DNA of 64,000 nucleotides from the human T2T-CHM13v2.0 reference genome, Homo sapiens. This document shows, piece by piece, positions 1 through 13,648 of the stretch. The notes beneath the pieces were generated by a model. That model was not told the DNA's origin and made no database searches. It worked only from the letters and a program-made list of their open reading frames with translations. How positions within the stretch are numbered: the first letter of the stretch is position 1; every line of letters begins with the position of its first letter. Position numbers and translations under genes: made by a program. The stretch lies in NCBI RefSeq assembly GCF_009914755.1, contig NC_060947.1; one strand, 5' to 3'.

Positions 1-1064
1 GCGAAGGGGTTGGAAAATGAAGAGGTGTCAGATCCAGTCGATGATTTGGTTCCTGCTCAGGAGTGTGTAAGCTTCAGTTGGCTCCAGTTTGGCTAACACT
101 GCAATGCCTTTAGTGTCACTGAAGCCGACAAAGAAAGCTGACGCGTTGTTTTTCTAGGGGGAAAAAAAATGCTCTCCTTCCACATTCCCAGTGCAGACAA
201 CAGCAGAAAACAGAAATGAGACCGTACTGCCCAGAGTCCACACAGACTCCAACTCAAAGTCTTTGAATTATGTATTCAATTCTTGCCACTTTGCACATTT
301 TCCCTTAAAGAAAAGAGAAAAAAATCAGTTCATAGTAGCTCTTAAAAAGCATGGAGGGGCATTCAGGATTCAATTCATCCTGAGAGGCAGATTTTAAGTT
401 TCATTCTTAGAAGGAGATTTCGTGTTTAGGGTATGACAGTGTGGAGTTCATAGGAAGGGATGTCAGCTAAAACCAACTGCATCCTGTCTTTTGAGTTTGT
501 TTTACCTTTGGTGTCCCCTGTTGACATGTGCCTTTCACTTCGCTTGGAGACTCTCTGGATGTGCAGGCTGCTTCATGTCCTTTAGGCTCTTCTGTGGCAG
601 CCAAGGGGGTTTCCTTTTTTCTTCCCTCTATTTCTGGGCCACAGAGAGGAAAGAACAAAGATGCTTTCCCTGCACTGACTCCAAGTTGAAGCTAGTCAAA
701 CTCCCCTCTGAAAGGGGTTAATCATTTTAAAATAGCTCGAGAATAACTTGAAAGTGACTTTCAGTGAACGTGTCCAGAGATCTCTGGATTTAAATCCCCT
801 CCCCTCCTCTCCCTCTCCAGCCAGGTCACCGGATGGGAATGGCTTATTTCTATCTGCCATTAGGTTTTTCAGCCCTGCCGAGAGAGACGCCAGTGCTGGA
901 CTTTAATGTGGAGGAAATTCAGTTAAGGAGCATGACATTTCTCAGGTTTCTGGAGAGATGGATGTTTTGGCTTATGTTGAGTGCTACCGACCCCATTTGT
1001 CACCAGCAAGCAGGTGGATAGTCCCTTAACCTCTCAGAATGGGGTGAAGGGATGATTTGGACCC

Positions 1065-1228
1065 TTGCTACTCAAAGTGTGGTCCTTGGACTAGCAGTAT
1101 CGTCTCCCCTGGGAGCTGGTTAGAGATGCAGAATCAGGGCTCCACTGCTGACCGACTGAATCTGAATTTGCTGTTTAACATGATCCCCAGGTGATTCAGA
1201 CGCACATTAATGTTTCAGAAGCGCTGGT
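1065..1228. mobile_element. MER5A-like hAT-Charlie DNA transposon relic
   Basis: ctactcaaagtgtggtcc...agatgcagaatc...actgaatctgaatttgc...ccccaggtgattc resembles the MER5A consensus. Confidence 0.75.
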
Positions 1229-1231
1229 CCA

Positions 1232-1626
1232 GGGCAGTGGTTATCAAATTTGAGCATATATTGGAATTTGTTTCAACAATCCTATTAAAACACAGATTGC
1301 TCAGCCTTACTCTCAGAGTTTTGAATCTATCAGGTTTGGGTCAGGGCCAGAGAATCTGCATTTCATCCTTTTTTCTTTTTTTTTCAGACAAGGTCTCACT
1401 CTGCCGCCCAGGTTTGGGTACCGTGGCACAATCATAGCTCACTACAGCCTCAAATTCCTAGGCTGGTCTTGAACTGCTGGCCTCAAGTGATTCCCCTGCC
1501 TCAACCTCCCAAAGTGCTGGAATTTCAGGCGGGAGCCACCCTGCCAGCCAAATCTGCATTTCAAACAGGTTCCCTGGTGATGCCCATGCTTCTGGTGAGG
1601 TGGAGGAGCACACATTGGGAATAGCT
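1232..1626. mobile_element. MER5-family relic split by an Alu insertion
   Basis: cagtggttatcaaatttgagc...ggccagagaatctgcatttc [Alu] aatctgcatttcaaacaggttccctggtgatg...cacattgggaatagctg. Confidence 0.7.
1366..1550 (-). mobile_element. AluJ with internal deletion
   Basis: Poly-T, then right-arm sequence joined directly to left-arm gctggtcttgaact...cccaaagtgctgg; 13-bp TSD aatctgcatttca at 1353-1365 and 1551-1563. Confidence 0.85.
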
Positions 1627-1929
1627 GCTCTCGAGGAACCCTGGCCCTTCTGGCAGCCTTTATTTCTCTCTCCATGGAAACCCTCGCACCAGCCAGGCTA
1701 CCCTTGCCCCCTGCCTCATGCTTTTAATTCCCTTCCCCTTCCTCCTTTTGGAGAGGCCAGTACCTCCCCCTTATAAACCTCCCCCATTTCCTAGCTGTGA
1801 ATCCAAACCCACACTTTCCTTTCCTGGCCACTCTGAGCTTTCTCATCCCCCTTCAGTGGCCCCCCAGTTCTTCCCCTGGTGCCCCAGCCTTCCCAGTTAG
1901 ATTGCAAGCTCGAAGTGGGCCTCCCCCTC

Positions 1930-2665
1930 CCTCACTGTCCCCCTAATCCATCACCAGGATCATTCATTTCACTGCCCAGTGTCTCTCAGATCCCTCTTCT
2001 GCCCTCTACCCTAACTACCACCCCTGTGGTCTAAGCCCCATCTTCTCCTGCAGCTGTCTTTGGAGGTCTCCTTGTAGCCTCTCTTGCATTTGTCCAGTCT
2101 CTTTTCTACTATCAAGTCCAAGTGACCTATTCAAAGTTTCCCGCACCATTATTCCCCCCTCCTCCTCTGCCACTGCTTCAGCTCTTTCTGTGACACCATT
2201 GGTCGTAGCCTACAATCCTGAGCATGGCCCTGAAGGCCTCTAGGGTGGGCCCTGGCTATGCTTCTGTCTTTCTCTCTGCTGCCCTCCCTTGGCTTTGTGC
2301 TGCAGCCACGCTGGCCTATTTTCAGGCCCCCACAGGGCCTTTGCACAAGCTGAGGTGCTTTCTCCAGCCCCACCTCACCTGCTTAGTGCCTCAGCATCCT
2401 GCCAATGGCCCCTCAAGCTTCCCCAGGGAGGCTTTCTCTGACCTTCTCCAGCCAGTGAGATTCCTTTGTTGTTGACCCTCCTTCTTATCCTCATAGTGCT
2501 TTTTGCCCTATGCAGTTATATATCCAAAGTGTGACAATTGGATTAATGCGTGTCTCTCCTGCTAGACTGTAAGTTTCATGGAGTGAGGACCCATTCATTT
2601 GTGTTGATTCTTGTCTCCCCAGGAGCTGGTATCTAGAATGCACCCAACAAATATTTGTTGGTGAA
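1930..2665 (+). mobile_element. L2 LINE 3' relic
   Basis: Pyrimidine-rich L2-like body ending ctagactgtaagtttcatg...aacaaatatttgttg. Confidence 0.65.
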
Positions 2666-2853
2666 GCCAGTGGGATCCTTTGCAGCTCCATGCAGTGGTT
2701 CACACCCCACATAGACTCCTAAAATATGACACTGGAAAATGAAAACTTTTTAAAATTGTTTTAAATATATAAGAATTCAGCTCTGAATGTCTAGATAATT
2801 GGTAGCATGAATTGGCCCTCGAGGTCAGGAAGACTTCTTTGCTCTGGTTTTAA

Positions 2854-2933
2854 TTAGTGCAAAGCGGAAGCCATTTCTATGTAAATGAATCAATCCATCG
2901 AGGCACACTTCTTTAGCCCTGATTATATGCCAG
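2854..2933 (+). repeat. Left arm of perfect 80-bp inverted repeat
   Basis: Exact reverse complement of 3308-3387, checked base by base. Confidence 0.97.
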
Positions 2934-3020
2934 GCACTGGACCGGAGCCCCAGGAAACAAAGATGAATGATATAGTCCCTGCCCTTGAAGGGAGGAAAAG
3001 CAGATGGCTGGTCCCTGGAG
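2884..3020 (-). mobile_element. L2 3' end relic
   Basis: tatatgccaggcactgg...aaacaaagatgaatgatatagtccctgcccttgaag resembles the antisense L2 terminus. Confidence 0.6.
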
Positions 3021-3289
3021 ACCTTCCTAGCAGTAAAGAATTCAGTAACAGTATGGACGATGGCACCAGAAGTGTGCCTTGAGTTTCGTATCAACCTCAG
3101 TGCTCCCCTCACTGTGCATTTGAAGGCTTCCTCCTTTACAAAGACAAGAGCAAATTCAGAGAGCCTGAGACGTCACCATGAGATATGGTCTATAGAATGT
3201 CTCCCAGGAAGGGATGAGATCTTGGCCCTTCAGTGAAAATGCCAACATTATTGGAAGAAAGCCCAGACCAAGGCAGGGGCTAGGGCTGG

Positions 3290-3600
3290 GGTTCTGGAGT
3301 AAACTAACTGGCATATAATCAGGGCTAAAGAAGTGTGCCTCGATGGATTGATTCATTTACATAGAAATGGCTTCCGCTTTGCACTAACCTGGGTTCAAAC
3401 CCTGGCCCGGCCACTTACTGGTGGGCAACTTGGGCCCTTTGCTTAACTTATCTGAGCCTTAGTTTCTCATCTATGAAATGGGTATAATAGCTTCTACCAG
3501 TAGAGCCATGGGGAGGAATAAATAAAATCCTGAGTGTGAGGCATTCAGCACAATGCCTGTAGTATAGAGATGCTGAATCTATTGTTATGATGAGTATTAG
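3290..3600 (+). mobile_element. MIR SINE interrupted by the 80-bp insertion
   Basis: ttctggagtaaactaac | ctgggttcaaaccctggcccggccacttact...ctgagccttagtttctcatctatgaaatggg (MIR core). Confidence 0.8.
3308..3387 (-). repeat. Right arm of perfect 80-bp inverted repeat
   Basis: Exact reverse complement of 2854-2933; flanked by direct repeat actaac at 3303-3308 and 3383-3388. Confidence 0.97.
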
Positions 3601-3874
3601 CTCTGCAGAGCAGGGCCTACCAAAGACCTACGTGGATTTTTCTATAATGAACAACAACCATCACCAGAAAAGGCCAGTAAGTTGCTGGCAAGTGTCTGCC
3701 CCGCCCACCACACAGGAGTGTGGGGGCAGCAAAGACATGGGAGAGGGCCAAAGCTCTTAGAGAAGTGAAAGTCATTGGCATGGCTCTATATGGAATCGTC
3801 TCCAGTGTGTGAGTCTGTGTGCTTAAGTCCTTTACAGATTTTTCGGCAACCTTTTTTTGTAAGGTTGCTCGTTG

Positions 3875-4172
<298 letters not shown>

Positions 4173-4299
4173 TTGTTGACTTTTAAAATTATGACTTTTA
4201 AAGCAATCAGGGAATAATCACTTTCAAGTACTGAGCACAAAGTGATGACTCCTGCTAGGAAGATGGACAGGGCTGGGGTCATAGGCATGGTCTTGGGTC

Positions 4300-4492
4300 T
4301 TGGAGAACTGAGTTTGCTTCCTGACACAGCCCTTTGGGTCCCATGACCTTGGGCAGCCCCCACAGCCTCTCTAAGTCTTGCTTTCATGGCCTGCACTATG
4401 AGGTTAATAGTAATGCCTATTCTGAGGGCTGTTTTGAAGATTACATGACATAAATACAGAAATGTCTAACACTATGTCCAATAAATTGTTGT
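4300..4492 (+). mobile_element. MIR relic
   Basis: tgaccttgggcag...cctctctaagtct...gggctgttttgaagatta. Confidence 0.55.
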
Positions 4493-4682
4493 TTCTCTTC
4501 TCTTGCCATTAATATGCACTTTTCTTGAGCAAAAGTCTTGTCAGCACTTAACAGAATTAATTACAAAACCTAATTAAGGGAGTCTATAAGTGTGATATTT
4601 TACTGTTTTCTCCCTTTTGATGATGAGTTCTCTAACCTACTGAGAGGAAGAAAGCCTTCTTCGGACTGTTGCCTGAAAGGTC

Positions 4683-4685
<3 letters not shown>

Positions 4686-4713
<28 letters not shown>
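4686..4713. repeat. (TG)n microsatellite
   Basis: Direct observation. Confidence 0.97.
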
Positions 4714-4715
<2 letters not shown>

Positions 4716-5379
4716 ATACACACGTGTGTCTACTCTCACATTAACACACTTTGCCCAGGATGCATTCATGATGCCCTGGCAGCCAGTGGGTCTTTGGAAG
4801 GAATTCATAGGATTGAGACTATGAGTTGATTTCATGAGCAGAAAATTGTATATTTTGATGAGAGAACATTAGAGAATGCCTCCTGAAGAAGAAGGTCACA
4901 AGGAGGCCAGTGTGGTTAGCGATGCCTGGGACATTGATTTTGGGAAGTAATGCCATGTTTTTCTTCCCCCAGGCCTATAGCTACCTTTGCTTAGCCAGCA
5001 CACGCCCTCATGTTGGAGACCTAGGTGGCTCTTGGTGGATTTTTGTGTTGCTGTAGCTTTCCTGTTTTGAAAGTTAGGGACAAGAGCTCAGAAAGCAGCA
5101 ATGTCTTCAAAGAGAGAAATTAAAATTCTAGTTATGACTCTAATGACTCTAGTGGCCCCATAAATGGCAACTCCCCAGGGTCTATGGCTTCATGAGAGAC
5201 CCTTGGCCAAATCCACTGTGGGGTTCCAAAATTTAATTGTATGGACTCTTCCAAGCATAAAGGCAAGTTTATAAAAAATCATTTCCAACAATTTCCACAG
5301 GCCCTGGTTGTTTGATTCAGGAACTGAATAAGTGCCCAGATTCATGTTCAATGTTTGTCCTTGCTTTTCTAGCAGATGC

Positions 5380-5770
5380 TATTGGTGCCCACCCACAAGT
5401 TCTTGGCATCTGGTGTCCCAGTGCACACCTGGAGAGTGTCCTACTCCAAGTGTCTGCAGTTCTCTTCCTGAGGGCTTTCTGTCAGCCTTCGAGCAGGGCA
5501 GGCCCAGAGTGCCTGGGGATTAATGTTCCTGAACAGCCTTCAGTCAATGAAAGATGAGAGCTGGAGAATCAATACCCTAGCTTCCTCACTTCTCAGGTGG
5601 GCCAGCTCTGAGCTGTGTACTACAGTGTCTCCCAGAGTCTCCAAACAAGATTGAACCTCAGTTGCCTGTGGCAGAAACCTGTTTCATAACCTACCTTTAT
5701 AGCTTCCTTCCCTTCCCCGTCTCACTTACCCCCTCTCCCACTATGTTTCCTGAAAGCATCTCCCAAACAT
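5380..5770 (+). mobile_element. ERVL solo LTR (LTR16-like)
   Basis: aataccctagcttcctcacttctcaggtggg...ctctgagctgtgtactacagtgtctcccagag...cttccttcccttccccgtctcactt. Confidence 0.65.
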
Positions 5771-5834
5771 ATCCCACCATTTCCTCTGACCTTGGGGATT
5801 TCTTGAGATTTTGTCCCTCTTCTATAAAATGATG

Positions 5835-6040
5835 GTCACAGGTTGCTTCTGCTGGGGTGTGATAGGTGGATCAGGTGGAACAATGATTTGTTGCATGGGA
5901 TGAACTGAGCATTCCAGGTCATCTAGAATCTCTGTGCCTACTAGAAGCAGTAAGGAAGGCCCTCTCCTAGTCACAACCAAAAGCACCCCCAACACTGCCA
6001 TATACCTGTAGGGGGCAGCACCATCCCTAGTCAAACACCG
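5835..6040. mobile_element. MER20-like hAT relic
   Basis: ctgagcattccagg...ctactagaagcagtaag...ctagtcacaaccaaaa...ctgccatatacctgtaggggg resembles the MER20 family. Confidence 0.45.
6005..6020 (+). promoter_or_regulatory. Candidate CTCF motif
   Basis: CCTGTAGGGGGCAGCA is close to the CTCF core consensus. Confidence 0.35.
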
Positions 6041-6173
6041 CTAACAGATATTTCTCGTCTGCTCTAGTTTTGACATCCTAAGGTGAGTTGATTGATCAAG
6101 AACCTCAGACTGGGATAGCGCCCACCATGGTATATTTCAGTCTGGGGAGTGGTGAGGAGTGGCCGAATGCTAA

Positions 6174-6473
<300 letters not shown>

Positions 6474-6665
6474 GGTAACTCTTGAATAGATTCTGTATTG
6501 TCAGAAATAACCACTGACTTGCCTCCTTCCTGAAATGTCGAAGAAGGGAACATTTAACTCATTCCCTCTGCTTCCCTAAACTCCTTGGCCAAGTTCCCCC
6601 TTCATTCATTTGACAGGTCTTCCCTGTGTCTGTAGCTGGTGATGAACTTTAAAAACTTGCATTTG

Positions 6666-7074
<409 letters not shown>

Positions 7075-9539
7075 CTACCTAGTCAGAGATCCATGTGTAG
7101 AGTATAGAGGGAAGGAAAAAGTACTGGAAGGGTTGCTCCTTCTGAGTCAGAGTCAGATTTGTGATTTATTGATTTATTCCTGAACCATTTGTTGTTCTGC
7201 TAGTGGGGTGGTTTGGGATTTTCTCTTTCTTACAGAAAAGTTAGAGGAACCCAATAAATTGCTTCTTTTTCTTTAAGAAAATCTAAAAGTATATTCTTGT
7301 GTGGGCAAGATAGGTCTCACTTATGCCACACACCTAACCACTGTCTGACACGTAGGAAACTTTCTATAAATGGGTACTGTGTTGACTAATCAACAAGTTG
7401 TTCTTGTTCGTTGCATGAAACCTTTGAGAATGTTTCTTTGCAAAGCCTCTTTTTTTCCATTCTAAGACGGTATTTGAAGACCATGCTACCAGGCTTTTAT
7501 GGTGTATGGTGAGTTGAATTTTTCCAGGAAGGAAACTTTTGGGGAATTCTAATCTTGATTTTCTATAAAGTGATTGAACTGTGGAGATAAATTGAAATAT
7601 GAGTCATGAAATGTATTGAAATAGCAGCAAAGTCTTGCCAGATGGAAAGCAAAGCAAAGACTCTTGTCATGTCCAAGCAAGACAAAGACCAATTTACAAA
7701 AAAAGGATAAGTGGGGCATCTTCCTTCCATCTGTCCCATCTCGGGCACGTATATGGCACCAAACTTGAAGTGAAGTTTCTGGTAGATGTTTTGCCTGTTC
7801 TGTTAGGTTTTGGAATCAGCAAAACTGACCAGCTAAGTTCGATCAAAAGCACCATTAGGAGATGAGAGCTTTATCTTTAAATGTGATCCAAGCATAATGA
7901 ACAATGAAATTCCTGTGATTAAAGGTTTAAACTGGAGCAAATCTACACCTAGAAGAAGACAGAATCTCTTTGGATGAGGAGGAGAAAGCAAAGTGAATTG
8001 GAAGTAAATTATGTAGCTGAAAAACTTCCAGTAATATGCTTCCTAGCCTGCCCCAGGCAGAGATAAGGACAGGGTCCTGCCTGGTGCTATCCTGAGCTAA
8101 CTTCTCAAAAATCAGACACTTTGGAGGTGAATTTCTGTAAAAGGACAAAGTTGAACTTCAAAAAAGAAAAGTATCAGGTCCCCCCAAAATGGAGGTGGCC
8201 TGTTGGCTCAGCAGAGTGGCTAAGTCAAGTAGGAAATGTGGTGTCTGGCCTAGCAGTGACAGGAGACTATGTTGCATTAGGGGTTAGACAAAGGTCAGCA
8301 AAGCCAAAGGGTTTAAAAGAGGCGGGAGTGGGGACTGTCCTGCTCAGCTTCCTGACCCGCCAGGCTGATGTCAGAGGGTTTATTCAGATTTGAGGGCTTT
8401 TGTTTGGGGGGATTGGAGTGATTCCTAAGAGACAATGCCCGACTGGAGGCTGGGGGCACGCGACGCCTGAATTGAATTTGGGCAGTTGCTGAGCAGATGG
8501 GGATCAGAGGGGAAAACAAAAGGGAAGCTGTTCCCAGCACATCCACAGGAAGGGAGAATTGCAGAGCCAGCCACGGGCAGGAGGGCTTCCTGCTCAGCCT
8601 GGCTGTGGAGGCCTCCAGTGCCCCCATCTTGCGGAAGGCCAAGCATTCCCAGGGCTAGTGGGACTTTGGCTCTTTCGCAGAGAGGAGAGAGGGTGGAATT
8701 GGAGGCAGGTCAGGAGCATGAACTTCTTGAGTTCAGATTTCAGGTTTGTGCATTTCCTCATCTGCAGGCTGGCAAGGTTCCTGGACTCATATAGTCTCAC
8801 ACCCTCATTTTCAGGTGCGGGAGCTGAGACCTGTAAAAGTGCACTGCCTTTCCTGGACTCTGTCAGTGTCTTAGGTTGGCTTCCTCTAAAAGCAGACATG
8901 ACATGAGGAATGGAGCAAATGCTCTTTGCTCAGGGGGGTCCTGGAAGCAGTGGTTAGGGCCTGGAGAGGTAACACAGGGACGAGAAGGAAGCTGACATAG
9001 GTGCACTAAAGAGTAGGCTCCCAGCGTGGGCAATTGGGGCTTCGTCCTGTTGGGGACCTCTGGGAAACTAAGCAGAACACACGTCAGAGTTTCCTGCCTA
9101 GGAGGTGAGGAAGCTGGGGTGTTCTTCATAATTCCTGCCCTTTGCTGATTGCTCCCAGAGATGTTGAGTCCTGGCACTTCTGTGCTCCAGTGACCAGAGA
9201 AAGCCCTCAGGGAGAGGGTCATAGGTGTACGGAGCAAGAAGCCATGAACACGTGCAAAGTGGGAAGGGGCTTCACCGGATAGATTTCTGGTCATGCTCTC
9301 ATCAATTTCCTTAGCTTGTGGGGAAGCCAACCTTTCTGAGGCCAGGAAAGCATTTCTCTGGGTGCCCAATGTTGCACAGACAGATCAAAACCGCTTTTCT
9401 TTGCTCTTAAGTGGGGCGTACACTTCTCTTCTTCCTGGGAGCGCATTAGATGTCCAGGTTGGATGTACAGTGACTCTCCCTCTCTCCTGCTTCCCTGTCT
9501 AGCCACTGCCCTTGTCTTTCTGCCTCCCTTTCAGCCAGG

Positions 9540-10125
9540 CTTTTTGGCTTTCCATTTTATTTCCAGTAAAAGCCAGAGTCCCAAGCACCTACAGGAGTCT
9601 ACATGATGGGCACATGCCCTCTACCCACATGCGTCTCTCATGACACCTCTACCATTTTTCCTCTTTCTCACTGCATCCCCACTGCATTGCCCCCTTGTTG
9701 CTTCTTAAGCCTACCATATATGCAGGGTCTTCCTTCAAGGCCTTTGCCCTTGCTGTTCCCTCTGCCTGGAATGCTTTCCCCTGAAAGCATGGCTCTGGCT
9801 CTTTCCTCTTTAGGAGAGAGTCATATCTTGCCTTATTGGTTAGTGAGGCCCTTCCCAACTACCCCATTTAAAACAGCACACAACCACTCCCTTTCTCTGT
9901 CCTCCTTCCCTGCTTGATGGTTCTCCACAGTCCTTAATGCTCTGCGACATAGCATATAATTGGTTTATTTAACTTTACACCATGTATCTGCTTCTCTGCT
10001 TGGCCTTTCTTGAATATAAGCTTCATGGGGTCAGAGACCTGTGTCTGGTTCACTGCTGTATCTCCAGTGCCTAGAATTGTGCCTGGCACATAGTAGATGC
10101 TAAACAAAATTATCGAATGAATGAT
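9540..10125 (+). mobile_element. L2 3' region (L2a-like)
   Basis: gctgttccctctgcctggaatgctttccc...tgcctggcacatagtagatgctaaac...gaatgaatga. Confidence 0.85.
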
Positions 10126-10329
10126 CAGTGGCAATTAGACAATGTTTTCTCTTTTTCCTCCCTTCTCTAGCTCCTAGCACATGTCTGGGACCTTTCTGCC
10201 CTAAAATTGAAGCATCCCCAGGGAAGTTTCTCCTTGTGCAGTAGACAGAACAGAGGCTTTGGACCCTAGCAGACCTTGGTTGGAACCCCTAGGTTCAAAA
10301 TCCAGCTCCTCCAAAATTCTAAACATTAC

Positions 10330-10672
10330 CAGCTCACCAATATCCAGCTCTCCCCTCCTTTGGGCACATGGAATCTTACACTCCTCAGTGCTCTTTAATG
10401 GGGCAGGGTCACATGACTAGTTCTGGCCAGTGGGCTTTCAGTATAGAAGAGCAGGTGTGAGGTTTCTGTTTGCTCTTGTCACCTGCCTCAGCAAACCCTG
10501 AAGCCACATGTGGAGATGGTGGAGCCTGTGTCAGCCTGGATCCCTGAGTAATCATGTGGAACAGAGGCTTCCACTATCCTGCTTTGGACATGTGATGTGA
10601 ACAAAAAGCAAACCTTTAATATTGGAGTTATTTGTTGCTACAGCATAACCTAGCCTATTCTAACCAATAGAA
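10330..10672 (+). mobile_element. MaLR solo LTR (MLT1 family)
   Basis: gggtcacatgactagttctggccagtgg...tttgttgctacagcataacctagcctattctaaccaata. Confidence 0.75.
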
Positions 10673-11344
10673 TTAAGTACTAGTGGTGTTGCTATGGGAA
10701 AGTCATTTCACTCTGAGCCCATACTTTCTCATTCGTTAATAATCTTTGTACCATAGGGCAGATGTTCAACATGGTATGTTGAACACACTCATACTTTAAC
10801 TTATGACTTCCACAGTAACCCTAGGGAGGAGTTGCTGAGGACTCCATCTCTCTTACAGATGCAATATCTCAGCCAGGTAGACATAGCATTATGCCTTTAC
10901 ATTCAGAAAAGGAAGCAAATTCTGTGACATGGGACTATCAGGGGGTTTCTTGGTGCATTTGGGCCTTGACCTGGGTTCTTTAGAATGGCAAATTTTGCCA
11001 CCAGGAAAAGGCAGAAGAGATTGTGAGTGATAAAAGCTAAAGCAGTCTGGGCCAGAAGAGCTACATATGAGTTCTGTGTCTATACAGCATGTGACTTTGT
11101 TATTTGAGAAAGTAGAATGTCAGGTTGAGGGAGAGAAAAACAGATCAGGCCAAAACTACTAGGCATCTGATTTGGGTGGTGGAGAGAGGGTGGGCAGAAG
11201 AGAACAGAAATGATGAAATCTGGATCCTAGTTCTTGATAAACCGTCAACCCTCTGAAGAACTTGGGAAAATTAATTTCACTTATCTGAACTCTGGTTAGG
11301 GCAAAACACAAGTCATTTCCCAAGAGTCTTTAAATAATGAGCAT

Positions 11345-11890
<546 letters not shown>

Positions 11891-12201
11891 GAATGTGACT
11901 GGTTCCTGCACAAGGCTTTTCTATGAGATGCGTAAAATGCTTTAGTGGACAAATCTTTCCATTTTTCCCTCTGGAGGGGGTTTAAGTGGTATTTGTCTTC
12001 CTTCTACCTCACAGGGTGATTGTGAAGGTGAACAGCTTAGTAACATACTGGGAGTGGGAGTGGTGATACAGCCCACTCTGCAATGCAGGGTGTGTGGTTA
12101 AACCTGTAAATTGAATGTTGATAATGATAATGATTTTTACTTTACAGATAACATTTATCACATGTTAATAAAATATAAAGTAAGATGCACGTAAGTAAAG
12201 A

Positions 12202-12358
12202 ATGTAGTTACTCTGTCCAGACCCTCTGGAATTTTTTAAGGGTCTTTCCCCCACTTCAGCTTTGATGGGCTTTCAGCGGCCAGCCCTGCAGCTCATCTTT
12301 GGACTATTGGACCTGCATTGATCCCAGGATGAAAGAGCCCAAGGTATCTGAGTTTGCG

Positions 12359-12423
<65 letters not shown>

Positions 12424-12640
12424 TAGCCAAAGACTGATGGGTACAAGAGCCCAGCTGCCTTACCTCAAATTGAGACAACTTTGAGGTGTAAACTCACACT
12501 CTAGAGTTCCCTGTGCGACCTCAGTGGAACTTTGCCGGAGACCTTCGCCTTGCTTAGCTCTTGCCCTTCTCTCTTGGGAGCATCTCTTATCCAATAGCTT
12601 GTAATCCCAATTTCCTTGGGAAACAATGAGAAGAGAAAAC
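12202..12640 (+). mobile_element. ERVL-type solo LTR containing a (CA)n tract
   Basis: ccaaagactgatggg...cccagctgccttacctc...gacaactttgaggtgtaa...ctagagttccc is LTR16-like. Confidence 0.5.
12360..12421. repeat. (CA)n microsatellite, ~30 units
   Basis: Direct observation. Confidence 0.97.
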
Positions 12641-13295
12641 ATTGAAAAACAAACCAGTAGGGACATCTAAAGCTTCAAAAGAGGCATGGCAAGGAGGGCT
12701 TGATCTTCTTGGTTTGACAAGTCATTGTTTGCTGATTGCTTGACATCCATTACAGAGCCAGGCCTGCCACAAGCCATCTCTGCCCTACCTCCCTGCCAAC
12801 ATTGTCCTGCAAGACGGCCAGGGCCTTTTGAAGCAGCCTGTGGAGAGCCTGCCAGGGTTCTGTGTACTTGCATGCCTGCTCTCCGGTTGCAGAGGAGCAG
12901 TTTTTACATTTCTGCCACTTGCCTGACCTGCTGCGGCAAAGCAGCCCACTGGGGAAACTTGGCATCACTGCCTGGCACTGGTGCTTATTCCTTCCTGGCA
13001 TTGGCCCATGCCAGCAGGAACAAGGACAGTGCCAAGCATGCCACCATGGTTGTGCCAACCAGTTCCACTGCAGCAGTGCCCTGAGGATGCTTGAACCTGC
13101 CTGGCTGTCATTACAACTAATGCCAAAGACATTGAAGGGGGTTGGCCATTTCCTTGCAATTTTCTTTCTCCAAGCAATTGTGGCTTGCTGGGTCAGCTTC
13201 AGAAGCATTTATTATTCACATGTCTGAATCCAGAGAAGGTAGAGCTTCTACAAAGTGACACAAAGGGAACTTTTCCTTATGGAAGTCCTGAATCC

Positions 13296-13320
13296 AGAGA
13301 GAGAGAGAGAGAGAGAGAGA
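13296..13320. repeat. (AG)n microsatellite
   Basis: Direct observation. Confidence 0.95.
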
Positions 13321-13369
13321 AATGGGTGAGAAACAGACCACAGAGACAGAGAAAGTTGAGGCGTGTAGT

Positions 13370-13585
13370 ACTCAGACCTGGGTTCAACCTCAAAATCCAT
13401 GACTTCTAGGCTGGATAACCTTGGGCAAGTTATATGAGCATTCTAAGCCCCAGTTGTCTTGTCTACAAAATTGGTAGAATAATTATATCCAGCTTGTAGG
13501 ATTTTTATGAGGAGTAAAGGAGATATAAGTAATAACACAGTATATAACACACAGTATTTATTCAATTAATGTTAGCTGTTATGAT
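13370..13585 (+). mobile_element. MIR
   Basis: cagacctgggttcaa...accttgggcaagtta...aatgttagctgttat. Confidence 0.75.
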
Positions 13586-13648
13586 TACTTGTATATTATT
13601 AATAATGTCCTCATATATGTTTTATCCTCTGGGGGAGGTGGTATAAAC

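Noticed and set aside
2885-3356. Two ORFs sharing the N-terminus MNQSIEAHFFSPDYMP as a gene pair
   Set aside because: A by-product of the 80-bp inverted duplication in L2/MIR sequence; no coding signal.
2854-3387. 534-bp MITE with 80-bp terminal inverted repeats
   Set aside because: No outer TSD, the interior is L2/unique/MIR sequence, and the MIR continues across the right arm.
8863-9369. 168-aa ORF on the minus strand
   Set aside because: Non-ATG start, no recognisable domain, and a length plausible by chance in moderately GC-rich DNA.
12667-13227. Overlapping ORFs of 68-152 aa on both strands
   Set aside because: No recognisable protein, poly(A)/TSD or clear exon structure. A BLASTX or PhyloCSF hit would be needed to revive it.
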